64,000 nt of DNA from Andalucia godoyi And28 (taxonomy: Eukaryota; Protista; Jakobida): contig VRVR01000017.1 of assembly GCA_009859145.1 (NCBI GenBank), positions 143,170-207,169 of the forward strand, in the 5' to 3' direction. How positions within the stretch are numbered: the stretch's first letter is position 1; each line of letters opens with the position of its first letter. A program made the translations under genes and the position numbers. The notes under the pieces were generated by a model, which was not told the origin of the DNA, made no database searches, and saw nothing but the letters and a program-made list of their open reading frames with translations. Below, piece after piece: positions 30,581 to 43,900 of the stretch.

Positions 30581-31879
30581 CTACAGAGAGCATATGCGGA
30601 ACGCTGTTTCGTCAAGATCCACATCCATGCCCAGAGCAACAGAAAAGAGAGCAAATCGGCTGTTGTGCCCTCGCACGCACAGTGCTTGTTCGCCGTCTTG
30701 ACAGGCTGCAATTTCAGACACATTTTTGTTTCGCACAAGCGATGCAAGACTTCGTATGACATCCAGCATGAACGTCTCAGAATTTAACAGCGAAGGATCA
30801 CAGACACACCGCTGCTGCAAATAGCTCACCTGCATCGAATGCCGTGGGATGCCGTTACCGAAACGCAACTCCGGTCTCATCTGGACAACACGAGTGAGAT
30901 ACTCGATTCTCAGATCTGTACTGAGCGGATCGACGACGACAACACCCAGTGTTGGCTCCTCAGTAACTCCGAAGGGCCGTTGAACTACATTCTCGGCGGT
31001 CAGAGGATTCATATGTTCGAAAACTGCAAAGTGGACCCATGCTTCAAAAGCCACAACAGATACCGACATGATTCTCCCGTCATGCACGATGTCTTCGACT
31101 CTTCCGTACACATCTGGGCTTTCGTCTGTCCGAACATCGTACTGCAATGCGTGCGACAGAAGAACACAGTCCGAGAGCAGTCGCTTCGGTAACGTGCTAT
31201 TATACACCACATTAGACGCCATGAGACAATGCCCAACAAGAGAGAATTGAGAACTTTTGTTTGGGACGATGAGAGGCGGAATCATTTCTCTTGTTGCACG
31301 GGGCGCTACACACGGGAAAACGCCGGTGCAAACATCGTCGAGAGCATCTGCGAGAGACGACGCCGGCAAAGGGAGCACGTACTGGAAACGAAACGGGATC
31401 AAAAACGGAACATCCGAATGTCGGATGTGGCAAATGCGACAAATTGTCCTTGTCCATCCAACAGCGATTCGCTTATCGTTCCAGCAATAGCTCCGAGGGA
31501 ATAACACGCAAAGCACCAATCGAATCTGCGATACGTCGTTTTGAACCCGAGGAATCACGTCTTCCCACACGTCATCATCAAGAAGCACTGCGCCATGATC
31601 ATTTCCGAGGCCTACTCTTCTCGACTTCTCTTTGGCATTATCGGACGAGTTCTGCAGAAGATGTGCACCGGGTGGATCAGCACCGGTCCACAGACTGAAC
31701 GCAGCCAAATAGTCGCCAGCAAAGTCCAGAGTTTCGCATCGAGAGACGCGGTATGCAGCGGTAAGGCTGCCTTTCAGCAAAGTCAAATCCCGCGGTCCTT
31801 GGTAGTGCAATAAGCATTCCGCACCCTCGGGTGCCAAGAAATCCAGCAGGAAAATGCCCACACGAGATTGGTCTGCCAT
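30581..31879 (-). CDS. Hypothetical protein (about 432 aa)
   Basis: Long ORF, first ATG at 31879, no recognised motif. Confidence 0.55.
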   Translation of the reverse strand: MADQSRVGIFLLDFLAPEGAECLLHYQGPRDLTLLKGSLTAAYRVSRCETLDFAGDYLAAFSLWTGADPPGAHLLQNSSDNAKEKSRRVGLGNDHGAVLLDDDVWEDVIPRVQNDVSQIRLVLCVLFPRSYCWNDKRIAVGWTRTICRICHIRHSDVPFLIPFRFQYVLPLPASSLADALDDVCTGVFPCVAPRATREMIPPLIVPNKSSQFSLVGHCLMASNVVYNSTLPKRLLSDCVLLSHALQYDVRTDESPDVYGRVEDIVHDGRIMSVSVVAFEAWVHFAVFEHMNPLTAENVVQRPFGVTEEPTLGVVVVDPLSTDLRIEYLTRVVQMRPELRFGNGIPRHSMQVSYLQQRCVCDPSLLNSETFMLDVIRSLASLVRNKNVSEIAACQDGEQALCVRGHNSRFALFSVALGMDVDLDETAFRICSL

Positions 31880-32424
31880 ATTCAACCACCTTCCGCCCCG
31901 CCCCGCCAGGCTTCTCTAATCCGCTGGCTGCCAACAAAGCGACTCGCTTTCAACACAGGCTGACCACCACAAAAGTGTCCTTTCGTATCCGAACTCCGAG
32001 CTCCGAGTGCTCAGTGTGCTCTCTCAAGAAAAGGTTTCCCTGCACATTTCGGGATTCATGGCTGCTTTCCCCCCCCCCCCCTCTCCCCTTTTTTGGCAAG
32101 GAGCTTTTGCAAAAAAAAATAATAAAATAAAATAAAATAGACTGGTTACGGCATCAAGCCAGAGTTGGAGTGATGCTTGAACAATCGTTTTCCTTTTGTG
32201 CCTTTCGACCGCTTGAGCGATATCGCAGAACGCGTTTATAATCAACACAGCTTCGTTCTGCGTTCTGCGTATATTTCCCATTATCATTCTTATTATTCTT
32301 ATTATTATTCTTATCAGTATCACAGTTGTTTTACTTTACTTTTCATTCATGCTTTTTCCTTCTAGCGCCTAATCTTTTTTTCTTCTTCTTGTTTCTTTTT
32401 TTATTTTAAATTGTGGCTAAAGCA

Positions 32425-34303
32425 ATGTTTTCCAGATTCTTTCGACGTTTAACATGTACAGACACAAGTGCCTTTATGTACCGAAGAGCGCCTTCGCTGC
32501 GGAGAGTGTCTCGAAATAACAGTCCAAACAACGTATCTTCATCCGCGAACGCGGCGTCCAATTTCGGCGGTGTAGGCGGAGACCAAACTCGAAAAGCCGG
32601 GGTAGTCGAAGCGAAGTATGACCCTACGACAAAGGGATTCGAGATTCTGGACCCTGATCCGATCAATCAGACGGTCATCCGTCCATCGGTCAACATTCCT
32701 GTACCAAGGCTCGAGCACGGTCTCGAAATCGTGCTTCAACAGTCGGGTGTATTCCCTCTGCAGTTGGACGACGCAAGATACCAGTTCCCGCCTTATTTGA
32801 AGCATATCGTGCAGCCAGACAAGATTGACTTCAATGCAGTTCCGCCGTTTGTGACATCTTCCCGCGATCCAGCGCTGCATTCGTTGGCGGTGGCGAACAA
32901 CAGTAGATACAAAGGATCCACTTCGTCTGTGACGTCCATTCTTGCGCAGCTGTACTTTCTGCTCACGAATTTCAAGACGACGCACACCGATTGTCTCTCC
33001 CCGGAATTCTCGAATATGACGTGTGCATTTACGAGGGCGACGACGAAGCCAGTTTGTGTTTTTCTGAGGCCGTTTGAGGGGATCTATGCGATTGATTCCG
33101 GGCCGTCAGCAATTCCGCCGAAGAATCAGATTTTGCTCGAACTTGGTAAATCTATGGAAAAGATGTTGACGCTCACCGAAGTGGAGTTTAAGGACCGCAT
33201 GCTGCTGCGGCAGGGTCAGGACTCGTACGTCCCGGGTGCCGAGGCATACAACTTCATGAAAGTCGGGTCGTTGATGCTGCGCTCGCAAATCGATTGCCAA
33301 GATGGCAAGAACAACTCGTTTGATCTGAAGACGCGGGCGTTATCGGCCATCCGTTACGATGTCCAGAATTATATGGTGCATCGCGGCACGAAAATCCGTA
33401 GAATCCGAGGGAGGACGCTTTCCTTCGAACGCGAATTTTATGACATGATACGATCTGTTTTTCTCAAATATTCGTTTCAGGTCCGGATTGGAAGGATGCA
33501 TGGCGTGTTCATTACGTATCACAACACGGATGAGGTTTTCGGCTTCGAATACGTGACTCTTCCAGAAATTGACAGCTGTGTATTTGGGAGCCACGATTTT
33601 GGAAATCGGTGCTTCGATGTCTGCATGAAGTTAATGTCGGTTTTGCTGGATCACGTCGTTGCAGATCTTGGCAAGGACCATCGTTCCATAAGAGTATGTT
33701 CGGTTTTTTTCTCTTACTTTTTTTTGGGGAGGGGCTCTCTGGTGACAGCTTCGTGATGTTTTATTCATGCATTTAATATGTGATTATCTCTGGATTCTAA
33801 TGTTCCCTTTTTCCAATGCACTTCCAGATTGTTATGGGAAATGATCGTGCAAGAAAAGAACTTGTGGTGTTTGCTGAGAAGATGGAGCGCGATTATGGTT
33901 GGGTTGAGGACAAGAGCAGTATGCCTTTTCATTCCATTTTCATCTTCATCTTTATGGTTATCTTATCTTCATTTTCATTTCATTCTTGGTACTTGTTCCT
34001 TGTTTTTGCTCACATTTTAATTCCTTGACTTTTTTCTTCTTCCCCCTTTCAGACATTACGAATGCGGACCTGGTGGAGATAACGGGAGAAGTGACTCAAT
34101 ATTCTCTCCGCGTCGATTCGGAGGTCAATGGCACGTTCTTGAACAAGTATACTTCCATGAACGTTCTGGATGCCAAAGATGACATGAATGTTTTCTACAG
34201 AATCCACAAAGAAGATCACTCGGAATTGAATCCAAAGCTCCGAGCGCAGTATCTGACCTGGCTGAGAAGGTCAATATTCTTTGATGATGATGTTGATTTT
34301 TAG
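32425..34303 (+). CDS. PET127: Mitochondrial RNA-processing exoribonuclease PET127 (exons 32425-33693, 33828-33918, 34053-34303)
   Basis: LEHGLEIVL, YKGSTSSVTSILAQLYF, LMLRSQIDC, FDLKTRA, FEREFYDMIRSVFLKYSFQVRIGRMHGVFITYHN; presequence-like N-terminus; two phase-consistent GTATGY introns. Confidence 0.9.
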
Positions 34304-34329
34304 ACTGTATTGTAAACGAATACTCAAGT

Positions 34330-37300
34330 TTAATTCGCAGCCCCTCCATACAATAGAGCGTGGAATCGCGATTCCTCTGGAGCAGAAAATTCGGAATGTG
34401 ACAAATGATCCACTGCTTTCCAGTCAAAGTACAGACGGATGCGCGAGCGGCCGGTAAGAGTTTCGGTGAAGGATCGAAGCCAGGAACGCAAACCTTTGTT
34501 CAGAGCTCGCTGAAATTCCGGTTGATCCGATTTCCAAGCAAAAGACAGCATTATCGCCGATTTTGATTCCCCCGTCGGTCCCGCTGAAGATCGACCGCTG
34601 AAAGCATCAAATCCATTCGCATTGGGAGACGGTGAAAGGATGGAAGCAGAAGCAGCAACCGTGTGAGCGGAGAAGGACAAGTAGAACGGCCGTCTTCCCC
34701 ACGTTCTGCCCACCAAAAAGGCGCGCAAGATACCCGAGTCCTTGAAGTCGTCACGGCACACAAGCGACAAGGAGCTGCTGCTGAGCAGTTCCATAAGGAA
34801 AACTTCAGCATCATCGACGCCGGCGACAAACAAATCGAGAGTCTGCCGATATTTGCACATTCTCCAACATTGTTCGAACTTGTAGGCTGACATGGAAACC
34901 CGTTCTTCCGTGATAGTATCCAAGATCGAGATTACCACTGGATTGCAACGAATCGTGATTTTGGGCACAGGAAATTCATCAACAGGCAGCGTCTTGTCAC
35001 CTTCCAGCGACTTGTACTGAAAGGAAAATCTCGGATAAAATTCGACAGCAGACTCCACATCTCCGTACAGGAGGAATGGAAGGACCAGCTGGAAAACGTC
35101 ACGCGCTTTCAGTTCATCCCTTCGATACGGCAGCGAGATCGCATCCACTGCAGCCGGAGAAGCTGAGGAAAGGAACTGAACTTGCGAGTGATTGCACGTA
35201 CACGTCAGGACTACATTGCTCAATGACAATGCAGAAATGTTTCGAATGTGCAGCGTGATCATCACAGTTCGCGACACGAGATCGACGCGGTGGGAAGCCT
35301 CTACAAAAATCATATCGGACGGTCCAGACAATGTCCTGGTATCTGTTGACCGCACATACTTTGTGTTGACCAATTCGGACGACACATCTGTGGAGGCTAT
35401 GGAGGGATTCATGAAAAAATCATCTGACAAGGCTGGGAAGAAGTACAGCGTATCCGAACCAGGGGAATTGAACAAATTTGCCGTAATATCGCGCTGCTGG
35501 AAAATACCAGTTACCTCGGTCTTGAAAGCAATATTTGAAAATGATACCTTGGTCATAATCATGGAAGCCAGGCTGTCAACAGCGCTTGCCTTGTTGAGGA
35601 ACTTTGAACGATACGCTACCATTGCTTGCACAAATGAACGCATGTACTGGTCGGAAAATGCAGCTCCTTGGGTGAGAAGAGTCCCTCGCCGTTCGATTTC
35701 CTTGTACAGCGCTTCTCCCTCATCCCCTGCAAAACAGTACAAGCACATCAGCTTGAGAACAGGGATGCCCCAGGTGCGGGCATCATCCAAAAATGACGAA
35801 ATACCCTTGCGAAGTTGTTCGATGTGCATTTGGGCTTCTTGTGCGCTGAGAAGACCGGCAATTTGCATGCCCAGATCATACATCACAGCGAGACCTTCGG
35901 AAACATCCTCTCTCTTTCTCAACTCTGGAGATTTGAAAGCTCTCAACATGTAGGAAATTCCGTCTCGAACAAAGGAGCTGATCATCAAAAATGCCTGGTA
36001 GTGGACAGAATGCACCTGCTTCATGCCTTTGATGATCGGCACAAGCCCCGCAACTTCGGCCATGACGGTGAGCAAATATGACGGTGTAGTCGAAATTTGA
36101 GTCTTCGTAATGCTCAACAATTGCTCAATGCCATATGATTCAATTCGCGTCCCTGATCCGTCCATGAGAGATCGTGAAAGCCCACGGAATGCTGCGAAAA
36201 AGACTTTGCGCGCATAGAGAGAGAATATGGGAGGGTAAATATTCACCGGAGTCACACTCACAATGCTCGGGAGATGCATCAGCACCATGTACTGATCCGC
36301 GTAAGGTCGTTCGAGACGGAAATTGGCGATCCATGCATTCAACAGTTTGAGCAAACAATCCAGGAGTTGCTCGTCAGTAAAAATGAGAGCCGGCTGGGAC
36401 AGTGCGCTTGTAGCAACTTCGCATCCAAGACGCACGGACCTTGGAGTCGACAAGTAGACACATGCACGCATAAGGTTCATGGAAACCAACGGATTGGTCG
36501 AGTCGGACCACGTCTCCAAGAAATGCACACAAAATTCGTCTATATCTCCGTTGAAATCCTTGATGCAAATACTCAGCGGATAAATGGCATACGCAGCAGC
36601 AGCCGCAGGAAGTGCTAGAACGCGATTCTGGAACAAGTATCGATCGCGATAGATGAATCGTTCCAAGCTGGTGCAAAGAGCCTCAAAGGAGCGCGAATGA
36701 ACCACGCTCTTCACTCTGTACAGAATATTGTAGACGCTCATAAACGCTGCGCCCGAAACTCCGTCGGCAACATCCAAGCATTTTTCAACCAGCAATTGAA
36801 CAACCTCTCTGCAGAAGGCTCTGCTACACTCCACGGAAGTCTCGTACTGCATAATTAACTGAGACACGAGCGTCGCTCCAACTTCGCGGACCTCGTCAAA
36901 TCTGCTGGAACATGCAATTCTGACGATTTCGGAAACAGCAGACTCCGTTTGGGAATCTAACAGCTTCTTCAAGGACATGACAGACGCGAATGCTCGTAAG
37001 CCAGAAATTGCAACGTCCGGATCGTCAGACTTTAAATCTCCTCTGAGAAAGGACGCAACTTCAGAACTGTGTATTTGTTTGAAACATTGACAATAGAATA
37101 ATGAGTCGACAAGTCCACCACGGAAAGAAAAAAGAGAGCAGAAGAGGAGAGAAGGAAAGGAAAGGGAAGGCAAGGGAAGGTAAGGGAGAGCAAGGATAAA
37201 AGACATACATGGTAACGGAGAGTGGGAGCGTTTGGATAATGTAGTATGAAAGTTTGCGAACGAGCCGGTGCGCAGAAGCCGAACATCCAAACTACAGCGT

Positions 37301-37517
37301 ACACAGTGAATACAATGCGCTACATAATCGGGGGGAAATGCGGGACAGCAAGAGAAGAATCCTAAAAAAGACATACGCGAATGGCCTCCAACGCAGCAGT
37401 CTCGATGAGATGACCAGACTGCGCGTCATTGCACAGCCCGTAGAAAAACGAAATTTGCGAAGGGATATCCTTGCCGGAAATGGAGGACAGTGTATCTGTT
37501 CCAGATTCCTCAGCCAT
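34330..37517 (-). CDS. TPLATE: TPLATE-like TSET complex large subunit (exons 37517-37377, 37291-37209, 37066-34330; about 986 aa)
   Basis: Colinear matches to TPLATE as recalled: RKLSYYII, GDLKSDDPDVAISGL, CLDVADGVSGAAFMSV, YRDRYLFQNRVLALP, RTLSGPSDMIFVEASH..TLHIRN, ITIRCNP, FEQCW; introns phase-consistent. Confidence 0.78.
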
Positions 37518-37923
37518 GATGAAGGACTAATCAAGTGGTCCAGAAACTTGTGTTTTCTATTTTTTTTCTTTTCTTTCTTAAATTAAAAAAACAAAACAAA
37601 GTAAACAAAAAAAGAGAAGCCATTTTTCAAAACAAAAATAATTATTTAGAAGAAAGAGGAAGGACTGGCAGATAGCACACAAGGATCGGAAAACCCTTGC
37701 CTGGGAGACGCCGAGGGGAAACCTTTGGATTACGACTGGTGATTTTTGAGTACCGAAGCGTTTCCCCTCCTCTGACACTCGCTGACACTCACTGACACCC
37801 TCTGACAGAGCACGGCCCGAATTTCTTCCAAGTTCAGAACAGCGCTTCTTCTTTATGCTCGTGCATTTCCTTCCATTTCTGTTTCCGCTGATCATTCCTC
37901 CCCGCTCTCCGTGTCGTGTCGCT

Positions 37924-39254
37924 ATGAAGATCTTATATCTTGTTGCGGTTTTCCTGATTCCGCTTGCCTCAGCGTACGTCTCTGTGCATTATTCGGAAGC
38001 GGAATGCGTGCAGCAGTACTCGCTGTTTGTGCAGAAATACGGACGGACATTCAAGTCTGCAGAAGAGCGCTTTTCTCGCTTTGACCTGTTCAAGCAGCGG
38101 CTGGACAAGGTTGCATCGCACAATGCGCTCAAAAAGTCGTACACCCTGAAGATTACCAAGTTTGCAGACTGGACTGCTGATGAGCGCAAGAGCCTACTGA
38201 CTCCGATGGCTTCTTTCGAGTCCAAGTTCGACGAGAAGTACAATCTCGGCTGGCACAAGGTTCGTGACGTGCCTCTTCCTTTCAAGGTGGACTGGAGAGA
38301 CAAGCATGCTGTTACCGAGGTCAAGGATCAAGGCGTATGTGGTTCCCCCTCTTTTCCGTCTCCATTTTCTCCCTGTTTTTTCTTTCTTCGTTCCAAAAAC
38401 CAAAAAGAAGACTCTTTTCCTTTTCTTTTTTTCGCCGTTTCACGGCCGCAATGATGTCAACATAACGACTTTCCTGAAACATTCTACGACGTAGCATTGT
38501 TATCAATGATGGTTGATAGGAAGAACTGAGCCTTGCAATTTTCTCCCCTTCGTCTTTTTTCCACTTCTTTCTCATTCTTCGTCACTTCCCCCTCCTGTGC
38601 GCTGTGTCTCTGAACGTTGTGCTTACGATTCTTTTTTTGAACGGATTTTGCTTTGTCTTGCAGCAATGCGGTTCATGCTGGGCGTTTTCTGCCACGGGCG
38701 CCGTTGAGGGAGCATGGGCTCTAAGCAACGGGACGCTGGTCAGTCTTTCGGAGAGCCAACTGGTCGACTGCGACAAGACCAGCCAAGGATGCGACGGCGG
38801 GCTGATGAGCTGGGCTTACGAATATTTGATCCAGACTGGATATCAGGATACTGAATCCTCCTATGACTACCGCGATTATGACAGAAAGTGCAAGGCGTCG
38901 CCTGCTGATTTCGGTGCAAAGATCACGGGCTACGTGAATGTCACCACGGACTCCACTCCAGCACTGCTGTCTGCGATTGCGCAACAGCCAATTTCTATTG
39001 GAGTCAACGCGGATGATGATTGGTTTGATTACGATTATGGTGTCTACATGGGAATGTGCTCGTCAGATCCGGATCAGATGAACCATGGCGTTCTCCTTGT
39101 TGGAGCGGAAGCGAATGCGAAAGGAAATGGAGTGTGGACTGTGAAGAACTCATGGGGTTCTGACTGGGGCATGGACGGATATATCGAGCTGTCCTTGGGT
39201 GCAAAGGAAAACTCTTGCGGACTGCTCAATACCCCACAGTATCCGGTCGTTTAA
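37924..39254 (+). CDS. Papain-family (C1A) cathepsin L-like cysteine protease (exons 37924-38334, 38664-39254)
   Basis: Signal peptide, I29 prodomain, VDWRDKHAVTEVKDQG|QCGSCWAFS, LSESQLVDC, GCDGG, NHGVLLVG, KNSWG; 329-nt intron. Confidence 0.96.
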
Positions 39255-39276
39255 TTTGCGTCTTCTCTTTACTCGC

Positions 39277-39277
<1 letters not shown>

Positions 39278-39315
<38 letters not shown>
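39278..39315. repeat. (GT)n microsatellite
   Basis: Directly visible. Confidence 0.95.
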
Positions 39316-39317
<2 letters not shown>

Positions 39318-39546
39318 CATTATTTATTTTGACGCTCGAGTTGTTCTATTCCGTTGTTTATTCAGTTGATGTCTATTTTCCGATGTATTTGTTTTGTTTT
39401 GTTTTGTTTTGTTTTTTGTTTTTGCGATTCGAACATGTAGCCTTGGTATTGATTAAAATTAATTAAAAAACGCATCCAAAAATGCCGAAATGCGAAGCAC
39501 GCAAGCTACAAGCAATATCAGGCAGAATAAATAGGACGAATACCGT

Positions 39547-39994
39547 TGAATAATAACACGTCATTGTCATGCACACGGAAGGAAGTATACATAAGCAGAC
39601 ACGGTCAATACTGGCCGACACTAGCACGTTTGTTTCACAGGAATTCGTGCTTACGCGTAGCCATCGATCATTCGTTCAGCGCATTGCCAAGAGACGAACT
39701 TCCAAGACACGATCTCATATCTCCAGGTGCATCAATCGCTGCAACTGAGGACACGAAAGCGCCTGCTGCTAGGGCCGTCAGCATCAAAATGCACCCTTCT
39801 CCGGAGCAACGTGTCACGCTGAGAAAGTGGCTCACCGATTGATCGAGATTGGGGACGGAGCGCGGAACATTTATCTGAAGAACGCCGTGAGGCGTGTCGG
39901 GGCCTATCCCCTTCCCGGCAACGGGATGCAAGACTGAATATGCATGTCCATCCGTAGATATGCATGTTCAGTGTATAATGTAGGCGCACCATGG
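39547..39994 (+). mobile_element. Non-autonomous, internally deleted Fanzor2/IS607-TnpB-derived element, copy 2
   Basis: Same left block, HTH fragment, deletion junction, frameshift and 3' hairpins as copy 1; different approximately 70-bp middle segment and unrelated flanks. Confidence 0.85.
39896..39990 (+). ncRNA. Candidate omega-RNA scaffold of copy 2
   Basis: Stem 39896-39901/39914-39919; 16-bp hairpin 39933-39972 with two G-U pairs; GCCTAT(39902-39907) can pair with GTAGGC(39980-39985). Confidence 0.55.
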
Positions 39995-40005
39995 TGTCCA
40001 ATGTT

Positions 40006-40401
40006 CTATCTACATCGTCCAACGAAGCATTCTTCGACAATAAAGTCGCTGAGAAATGCAGGACAAAAAAGAACCAGAACAAGAATGGCATGTCGCAGCC
40101 CAATATTGTGGTGCCAAAAGGACAAGTTTGAAAGCAACGCGGATCGCATTCCGCTGCAAAATTCCGTTTCTTTCATGACTGCGGCAGTCCAAGGAAGCGG
40201 AGTGAACATCCTCATCATCGTTACCTCCTTCTTCATTGACAAGACAGTTTCTTCGAGAGCACGAAGCCTCCCCATAAGAGCCATGACTTCCTCCGGCAAC
40301 GGACTCATTGGAAACACGTCGTCGGATCCTACCGAAACATGCCGTCGTACAGGAGGGGTCTTGGGAGACAGCACCGACCTCGACTCAATTCTCTGAGACA
40401 T
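40006..40401 (-). CDS. Hypothetical small protein with coiled-coil-like segment and hydrophobic C-terminus
   Basis: 131-aa ORF (LMGRLRALEETVLSMKKEV; ILVLVLFCPAFL); no family recognised. Confidence 0.35.
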   Translation of the reverse strand: MSQRIESRSVLSPKTPPVRRHVSVGSDDVFPMSPLPEEVMALMGRLRALEETVLSMKKEVTMMRMFTPLPWTAAVMKETEFCSGMRSALLSNLSFWHHNIGLRHAILVLVLFCPAFLSDFIVEECFVGRCR

Positions 40402-40621
40402 TATCACCATATGTGGGACCGCAGCGAACGGAAGCAATAAGAAAAAGAAGAAAGAAGAAGATCAGAAAACGAAGGGTGATGTCCGCGGAGACAGATTTCT
40501 GCACAGCTGTTGTTGACCTGAAGTGTATAGTCTTTTTTCTATGCGATGAATGTGCCTTCTTGCATGTGCTGGAGACCTCAAACGATTCTTAGAAATGAGG
40601 GAAGAAAACGCAGGCTGGGCT

Positions 40622-40623
40622 CA

Positions 40624-40678
<55 letters not shown>

Positions 40679-40685
40679 ACACACA
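40622..40685. repeat. Imperfect (CA)n microsatellite
   Basis: Directly visible. Confidence 0.95.
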
Positions 40686-40927
40686 GAGCGAGTGAGCGAG
40701 AGAGGAAAAGCCAAAAATGGACGCAACGCGAGAGAATACGGCAGCATGCGGCTGATGCTTGATGGGGCCTGTCTACGGAGAATTGCGAACTGTCGAACGA
40801 CTCACGAGCGGGTATTGGCTAACAATGGGGGGTTGGAAAATGTCTTTACCGCTTGGGAATACAAGCAATCACGCACGTTGTCCAGCGCTGCGAGCTGCGA
40901 TGCAGAGGCAGTTAAGGCATGGTGTCC

Positions 40928-43900
40928 TTACATAAACTTTTTGATCTCTTGACGAAACACAGTGACATTCTGCGAAAATTGGTCTCTGTTGCGGAACTCC
41001 AAGGAAAAATCAACGTTCAGCATTAATTTTTCAAACGCAACTTGCATGAGCTCACGTCGCTCGGGTTCCAACTCTTTGATGATTTGATTCTTAAGATCAG
41101 CAAACGACGCGGGGTTGACAGTGATGAGGGCCAGTAACGGTCGAGAGATGGAATAGTGAGACGGAGACTCCTCAAAAACGGTGATGCGGAACAGAGAATT
41201 GAGGATCGACGGCAGCAGCGAAGGCATGGAAGTGAAGTTCGACAAAGACTCAAAGGTCGAGGAGCGCTTGCTGCATTCCTGCACATAGTAGGTGCACAAG
41301 TGATCCAAAGCAGCAGAGCTTTCAACCATCACCACCGAGTCCGGGCACTTGACACCCTCATGCAAACAGTTCACAATCTGAATGAACATTGACGCATCCC
41401 ATGCACACACGGCTTTGGAATGGTCTGCAAACAGTGCATTCAAGAAGGAGTACAGGACACGCGACACTTTTGGATAAGCAAGGATGTCCTCAAGAGAAAC
41501 CGAAAGAACAAGAGTCACAGCGCTGGACAAGGCACTAGAGAGCGAGTCATCATTGTACAGCGCAAAAACGCCAAAATTACAATATTTTCCAGACAGCGCT
41601 GCAAGCAGGGTGGAAAGGACCAGGCGAATCCCTTTCAATTTCTCTACATACAAGTCCTTTGAGGGGACCACATGAACCGCTTGCGTACAGTACCACACAA
41701 GAATTCGAGCAATTTCTTTGAACAGCAGAATGCCATTCGGAGAGGACGGACCAAAAATGATACGCTGATTTCGGTTTGTGGCAAGCTCGGCCAAGAAACG
41801 AAGACAGGCTGTGGACGCCTCATGGTCCAGAGCAAGAGCTTGCATTCCTTGGTAGATCACTGTGAATTTCTGTGGATGCAGCCATTCGAAAAATCTCTCA
41901 AACGACCTTCTGGATCCGCACGAACTGCACACACCCTGCAAATCTCGCAAAATACCAATAAACGCTTCTCGACTGGAGATATTGACAAAAGATGCGTCAA
42001 ACGTCGCCATGAAATCAGAAAACTGCTGCGCCGAACAATCATCCAGCGACAGAAGTTTTGACAATGCGGCATAATACGACGTTCTCGCTTGCATATTTCG
42101 GGGATTCGACAGAAAGGTCAACTCCATTGAAGCGTGATTCTCCAACAGAGTAGCAACAGACGGCAGCTTCACCATGATCTTGCGCGTAACAAAACCTGTT
42201 GCAAGATCATTTAAAAGCGCCAACGTTTCCCCCACAATTTCAGAATTCGCAGCCCATGCCCGGAGATTGGAAACGATACGGGACACAAAGATATCCATGA
42301 CTTGTGTGTTGGTCTGAATTCCGCACAATGGGGCAAGTCTTTCAAAAATATTGGAGGACGTCACAGACTGTTCGCCCACATACGCTGCCCTGAACTCTTG
42401 GAAGAACCGCAGAATCGATTTTTCAAGAATGGAAATGCCTAGATAGCCCGCAGATATTTGCACAATCTGAAAAACGCGAGCTGTTATATCTCCATCAATG
42501 GTGTCTTTGTGATCAGCGGAGGAGGAGTTTCCGCGATGTGCAAGAACTCCTGCTGCAATGTACGTCAGAAAGCACATTTGGCACGCTGCGACAACATTTT
42601 GGTCTGTCTGAAACGACTGGATGACAGGATCGAATAACGATACAATGAAAGGCCCGAGTGTATCGTACATGGAACGGATCAAGTACGGAACTGACTCGAT
42701 CTGCGAATGCAACAATTCTTCATCAACAAGAAAGTCTGGCAGATCAACGTTCGAAGAAACCGTGTTCGCGATAGCATGAAGCCTGGACAGCATGTATGTG
42801 CGAACAATCTCTGGAATCAGTTCCGTTAGCTCGGATGGACGACCTGACGTTCGAGTATGCGGTAAAGCAGAAGCAAGTCTAGAAAAGAAGGAGAGCAGAT
42901 AATACGAAGAGTTAATGTAGTTGCTCCAATCAGAAATTGTAGCGATGGTGAACTGAGAGACAACGTTGATCCAGTCCGAATAGCCGTCCACGGCTAGCAA
43001 ATCCGTGAGCGGGAAGTTCGAGGACTTCATTTTCGCCAACAAGCGACAGACTTCATGTCGATTATCTGGATTCTCTAGTCCCACGCCATTTCGAAGAATC
43101 ATCGTTGCCCCATTCAGCAACGTAGTTAGGAACATTTTCCTCTCAACTTCTGAGGAAAATAGAGAGCGACGCACCCCAGCAAGCTGAACCAAACACATCA
43201 GCACCGTCTTGTCTCGGGTTCTAAAGTACAGGTCGAAGAACAACCCGAGAATGTTCTCCTCTTCGACCAACGATCGCCAGCCAGAAGGCAGCTGAAGAGT
43301 CGCAGACTCATCGGCTGACTCGTCAGGAAAGACGCCAACAAAATCGAACAGCAGGCACGACAGCGCAAGGGCCAATGCATCTTCATATTGCTGCGGAAAC
43401 GTTCTGAGGAATCGCACAGCTGCTTCAAAAGCAGGTTTCAACGCAATGTCTCTAAATGACACCGCAACAGTTCGATGCTGACTCAATGATTTCTTCGGCG
43501 CCACGATGTTCATCTCAGACACAACAGCCTCCATCGCGCGGAATGCATTCATCCCAACGAGATCGTCAATGATTGTTCTGAAAGAGTCATGATCTTTCCA
43601 ACCAAGCTTCGTAATGCGCGCCAGCAAAGTGTAGGCAGCTGAAGACAACTCTCGAAGCGAGCCTTTCGGACTCCGCAAGAATCGATAAATGACTTCGCGA
43701 ACCTCCAATCGCTGCTGAAGTTCCATGGTGCTCCAATGATTGGTGACGATTCTTTGAAGAGAAAGAAGAGTAATGTACAGTGCGTACGGTTCTTGAGAGC
43801 GCATCAGAATCTGGAACGCCTTTGGAACATCCGCTGTGGTCGACAAGAACTCTGCAATCCGGTTCTCGGCCTCCTTGCGCAATTCCGCAGAATGGGCAGT

